IMG/VR virus record: IMGVR_UViG_3300027533_000037
Span: 1 to 47,416 of that record
Origin: a virus
Taxonomy: Duplodnaviria; Caudoviricetes
Length of the DNA: 47,416 bases
Direction: 5' to 3' (one strand)
The notes beneath the pieces are model-generated. The model worked only from the letters and a program-made list of their open reading frames with translations, did no database searches and had not been told where the DNA came from. This document shows positions 44,491-47,416 of this stretch, one piece after another (within the stretch, counting starts at the first letter, position 1; each line of letters opens with the position of its first letter). Made by a program: the position numbers and the translations under genes.

Positions 44491-46583
44491 GCGCGGCCCC
44501 CGACCTCGGCGCGGTCAAGGCCGAAATCCTCCAGATCATCTCCGCCGACAAGTGGAAGAGTCACCAGATTCTCTTCCGCCACCGCCACCAGTACAGCGGC
44601 GTCCCCACCGTGCCGGCCGAGTTCCACGAGGCGCTGGTTTCCGACTTTTGGAGTAGCGACCCCTATTCGATCATCCTCGCCTTCCGCGGCAGCGCCAAAT
44701 CGACGCTGGGCGAGGAGGACATCGTGCTGGCGGCGTGCCTGATGGCCTGGCGCAACATCGTCGTGATCTCCTCGAACGAGACCCGCGCGGCCGAGCGGCT
44801 GGCGGCGGTCGCCTACGAACTGACCACCAACCCCTTTATCGTCGACCTGTTCGGCGATTTGAAGGGCGACGCCTGGACCCAAACCAAGATCGTCACGACT
44901 ACGGGCGTCTGCGTGCAGGCGATCGGCCGCGACCAGGACATCCGGGGCATCAAGCACCTCGACCACCGGCCCGATTTCATCTTCGTCGATGACGTGGAGA
45001 GCCCGGAATCGGTGCAGACCCCGGACCAGCGCCGGAAGACGCTGAGATGGTTCCTCTCCGAATTGCTGCCGGCCTGCGCCCCGGAGCGCCGGGTCCGCAT
45101 CCGCGCGACGCCGATGGACGCCGAATCCCTGCCGATCAAGTTGCAGAACGAGTGGGGCTGGCCGACCAAGACGTTCCCGGTCGAGTACCTGGACGAGGAC
45201 GGTAAGCGCAAGGCGTCATGGCCCGAGGTGTGGCCATTGCCGAAGATCGACCGCGAGCGCCAGGGCTACGAGCGGGTCGGGGAATTGGCGGTCTGGGAGC
45301 GCGAGATGCTGTGCCGCGCCTTTTCCGAGAGCGACCGGATTTTCACCCGCGAGATGATAAAGGTGGCGCCCCGGGAGAAGACCTGGCAGGCCTGCTACGC
45401 GATGATCGACCCGGCCCGCTCCACGGGGCCGCAATCCGCCACCACCGGCTGGGCCGTGTGGTCCTGGATCAACAACCGCCTCGTGGTGTGGGCCGCCGAT
45501 GCGAGCTTCCTTCTCCCCGACGAAATCGTTGCCCTTGCCTTCGACATCCACGAACGGTTCGATCCGGTGTGGGTTGGCGTGGAGCTTGACGGCCTTGAAC
45601 AATTTCTATTGCAGCCGATGCGGCACGAAATGGCTCGAAGGGGGACTTATCTGCCCCTTAGAGGCGTCCGCGCTCCCCGCGGAAAGCTCGACTTCATCCG
45701 AGGGCTCCAGCCGTTCTTCTCGGCCCGCGAGGTCGAGTTCGCGCAAGCCCTACCAGTTCTCGCCGAACAGCTTCTCAACTTCCCGACGGGCAAGATAGAC
45801 GCGCCGAACGCGCTGGCCTACGCGCTGACAATGCGGCCGGGGCTGCCGGTCTACGACGGCTTCGGCGCCGAGCACATCGTCCCCGACCTCGCGCACGATC
45901 CGACCCGGCCCTTGTTCCTCATTGCCAACGCTACCGGCGCGATGACCGCGGCGGCGCTGGTGCAGCATTTCGACGGCCGGCTCCTCTTGTTGGCCGACTG
46001 GGTGCGCGAGGGCAATCCGGGCGAATTGGCGGGGCCTATATATAATGAGGCGGTGCTGTCGGCCGACGCGCCGCGCGACGCGCTGTTGCGCTCCCGGCCG
46101 CGCTCGTGGGACGCGATGCTGAAGGCGCCGGTGCCCGACCGCCTGACGAGCCGCAACCAGCCGCCCATCTGGATCGTGCCGCCGCACCACGAGGACAAGT
46201 ACACCAATGTCGGGCTGCTTCAGTCGATCCGGGCTATTCCGGCTGATCTGCGCCTCGGTGGCGCGGAGGCGGCCGGACAGGTTCATCTGCAAGATATGCT
46301 GGGCCGGATCTCCCGAGGCATGCCCGCTGTCGCGGCTTCCCCCCGAGCCCGATGGCTATGTCGTGCGTGCGCGGGAGGTTATTCTCGGGCCCTGGTGCGA
46401 GGCCGGCTCCAGGACGAACCGGAGCAGGGGCCGTACTCTCTCCTGATGGCGGCGGTCGAGAGCTTCCTGGGCCTCCAGCGCAAATCGTTTGCCTCGGACG
46501 CCGAAAGCGAGGATACGGATCAACCGTGGGGCGAGGATCGGTTCGGAAATAGATTCCGAACAGCAATGCCAGCTAGACGGTAA
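44487..46583 (+). CDS. terL: Terminase large subunit
   Basis: Walker A AFRGSAKST, Walker B FIFVDDVE, ATP coupling motif, nuclease MIDPA...KIDAPNALAYAL. Confidence 0.9.
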   Translation: MSAAPDLGAVKAEILQIISADKWKSHQILFRHRHQYSGVPTVPAEFHEALVSDFWSSDPYSIILAFRGSAKSTLGEEDIVLAACLMAWRNIVVISSNETRAAERLAAVAYELTTNPFIVDLFGDLKGDAWTQTKIVTTTGVCVQAIGRDQDIRGIKHLDHRPDFIFVDDVESPESVQTPDQRRKTLRWFLSELLPACAPERRVRIRATPMDAESLPIKLQNEWGWPTKTFPVEYLDEDGKRKASWPEVWPLPKIDRERQGYERVGELAVWEREMLCRAFSESDRIFTREMIKVAPREKTWQACYAMIDPARSTGPQSATTGWAVWSWINNRLVVWAADASFLLPDEIVALAFDIHERFDPVWVGVELDGLEQFLLQPMRHEMARRGTYLPLRGVRAPRGKLDFIRGLQPFFSAREVEFAQALPVLAEQLLNFPTGKIDAPNALAYALTMRPGLPVYDGFGAEHIVPDLAHDPTRPLFLIANATGAMTAAALVQHFDGRLLLLADWVREGNPGELAGPIYNEAVLSADAPRDALLRSRPRSWDAMLKAPVPDRLTSRNQPPIWIVPPHHEDKYTNVGLLQSIRAIPADLRLGGAEAAGQVHLQDMLGRISRGMPAVAASPRARWLCRACAGGYSRALVRGRLQDEPEQGPYSLLMAAVESFLGLQRKSFASDAESEDTDQPWGEDRFGNRFRTAMPARR

Positions 46584-46602
46584 TGACCGGGTGCGCTATT
46601 AT
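46574..46602 (+). promoter_or_regulatory. Sigma70-like promoter for the pentamer/Cas7-like module
   Basis: TAGACG (46574-46579)-N17-TATTAT (46597-46602); predicted start falls at the first pentamers. Confidence 0.55.
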
Positions 46603-46611
46603 GATGGCTGG

Positions 46612-46686
46612 GCCATGGCGCGCTGTGGTTTGGCTAGGGCGGCTTTGGTCCGCTTAGGCCTGGATCGGTTCGGCTAGGTAAGGTTT
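46612..46686 (+). repeat. Upstream tract of 15 GGYNN-type pentamers
   Basis: GCCAT GGCGC GCTGT GGTTT GGCTA GGGCG GCTTT GGTCC GCTTA GGCCT GGATC GGTTC GGCTA GGTAA GGTTT. Confidence 0.85.
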
Positions 46687-46799
46687 TCGCGGCCATCACC
46701 GCGAGAGAGCGCAACAACCAATCTTGAGCTTCCCGCTCCGGTTGTTGCTTTACGCAACCCCTGTGCATAGCGCTCCGGGCGTGATGGGACCGGAGCGGG
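46687..46799 (+). ncRNA. Structured RNA element (three hairpins, possible kissing loop)
   Basis: Stems 46687-92/46699-704, 46711-19/46740-48 and 46771-78/46790-97; CCATCAC (46693-99) complements GTGATGG (46781-87). Confidence 0.55.
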
Positions 46800-46808
46800 G
46801 AGACTGTT

Positions 46809-47416
46809 ATGGCGAGAAGTAAGGCTACTGCAGAAGTCGTCAGAATTGGCGGCGATGTTCCAACTAATGGATCTGACGAGGCTATTGCCTTTTTGGAACC
46901 GTTCACGGCTGAGGTCAGAATTGAGGGTTCGGCCGATATCCTGTTCCACCGCTGGAACCCGGAGGCGGTGGACGAAAAGGCGAAAGCGGCCAAGGGGAGC
47001 GCTGCAAAAAAGAGCGATAATATCGAAAGCTATGTTTATCGGAACGACGCGGGAGAGATTTGTTTGCCTGGAGAATATCTGCGCGGGGCTATAGTCGGGG
47101 CGGCGAAATTTCGCCAAGATCCGCGCTCTCCAAGAAAATCTGCGATGGACCTGTTCAAGGCTGGGGTGGTGTCATTGACCCCTTTGGCTCCGATGTATTC
47201 TGCGGCAAGCCGGGGCTCGGCAAGCGGCGGCAAGGCAAGCCACGGTGAGGCAGGGTGTGGCGCGGCGACCGGGTGGGATTATGAAGACAGAAGAAGAGTC
47301 GTCGTTCAGAGATCAGGCATCAATCGGACTCGCCCAGCTATGAAAGTTGGTTGGAGCGCGACTTTTCTCCTTATGGTCACGTTGCCAGAATACATCTCGC
47401 CGCAAGTATTAAATGA
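46809..47416 (+). CDS. N-terminal part of Cas7/RAMP-like (Vipr-like) protein, 234 aa in total across the junction
   Basis: GGGGAG RBS, ATG 46809, open to the window end: MARSKATAEVV..AEVRIEGSADILFHRW..ICLPGEYLRGAIVGAAKF..WDYEDRRRVVVQRSGINRTRP.. Lower GC than flanking genes. Confidence 0.85.
   Translation, partial: MARSKATAEVVRIGGDVPTNGSDEAIAFLEPFTAEVRIEGSADILFHRWNPEAVDEKAKAAKGSAAKKSDNIESYVYRNDAGEICLPGEYLRGAIVGAAKFRQDPRSPRKSAMDLFKAGVVSLTPLAPMYSAASRGSASGGKASHGEAGCGAATGWDYEDRRRVVVQRSGINRTRPAMKVGWSATFLLMVTLPEYISPQVLN
47204..47268 (+). repeat. 13 GGYNN-type pentamers inside the Cas7-like reading frame
   Basis: GGCAA GCCGG GGCTC GGCAA GCGGC GGCAA GGCAA GCCAC GGTGA GGCAG GGTGT GGCGC GGCGA (10/13 GGY). 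Confidence 0.8.
47252..47416. repeat. Terminal direct repeat / circular assembly overlap (copy 2)
   Basis: Matches 1-165 with 3 mismatches. Confidence 0.95.

Noticed and set aside
46846-47248. Short ORFs called over the Cas7-like gene
   Set aside because: Alternative frames of the longer ORF that starts at 46809 with a strong RBS.

Overview
This looks like a complete, circularly permuted tailed-phage genome of about 47.25 kb. A 165-bp overlap links 1-165 with 47252-47416, with 3 mismatches. It is GC-rich and podovirus-like; an alphaproteobacterial host is my inference. Modules: C5 methyltransferase and large terminase; portal, scaffold, N4-gp56-like capsid, adaptor and nozzle; a run of signal-peptide-bearing tail-fibre/spike-like genes; ejection proteins; leftward ERF/YqaJ recombination genes; Cro-like, RusA and a lambda-O-like initiator with five iterons; and four free-standing homing-endonuclease-like genes. 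I found no integrase, polymerase, tape measure or clear endolysin. The standout is a module between terL and portal that the ORF track misses because it crosses the window junction. It has a 234-aa Cas7/RAMP-like gene (46809-47416 joined to 1-262) and three tracts of GGYNN pentamers in strict 5-nt register. These are 15 units behind a sigma70-like promoter and followed by a multi-hairpin element, 13 units in frame inside the gene, and 65 uninterrupted units starting at the stop codon. This fits a minimal RNA-guided system with a gapped NN code, like the VIPR-type systems I recall being reported (from memory, needs a literature check). All assignments come from reading motifs by eye; no database searches were run.
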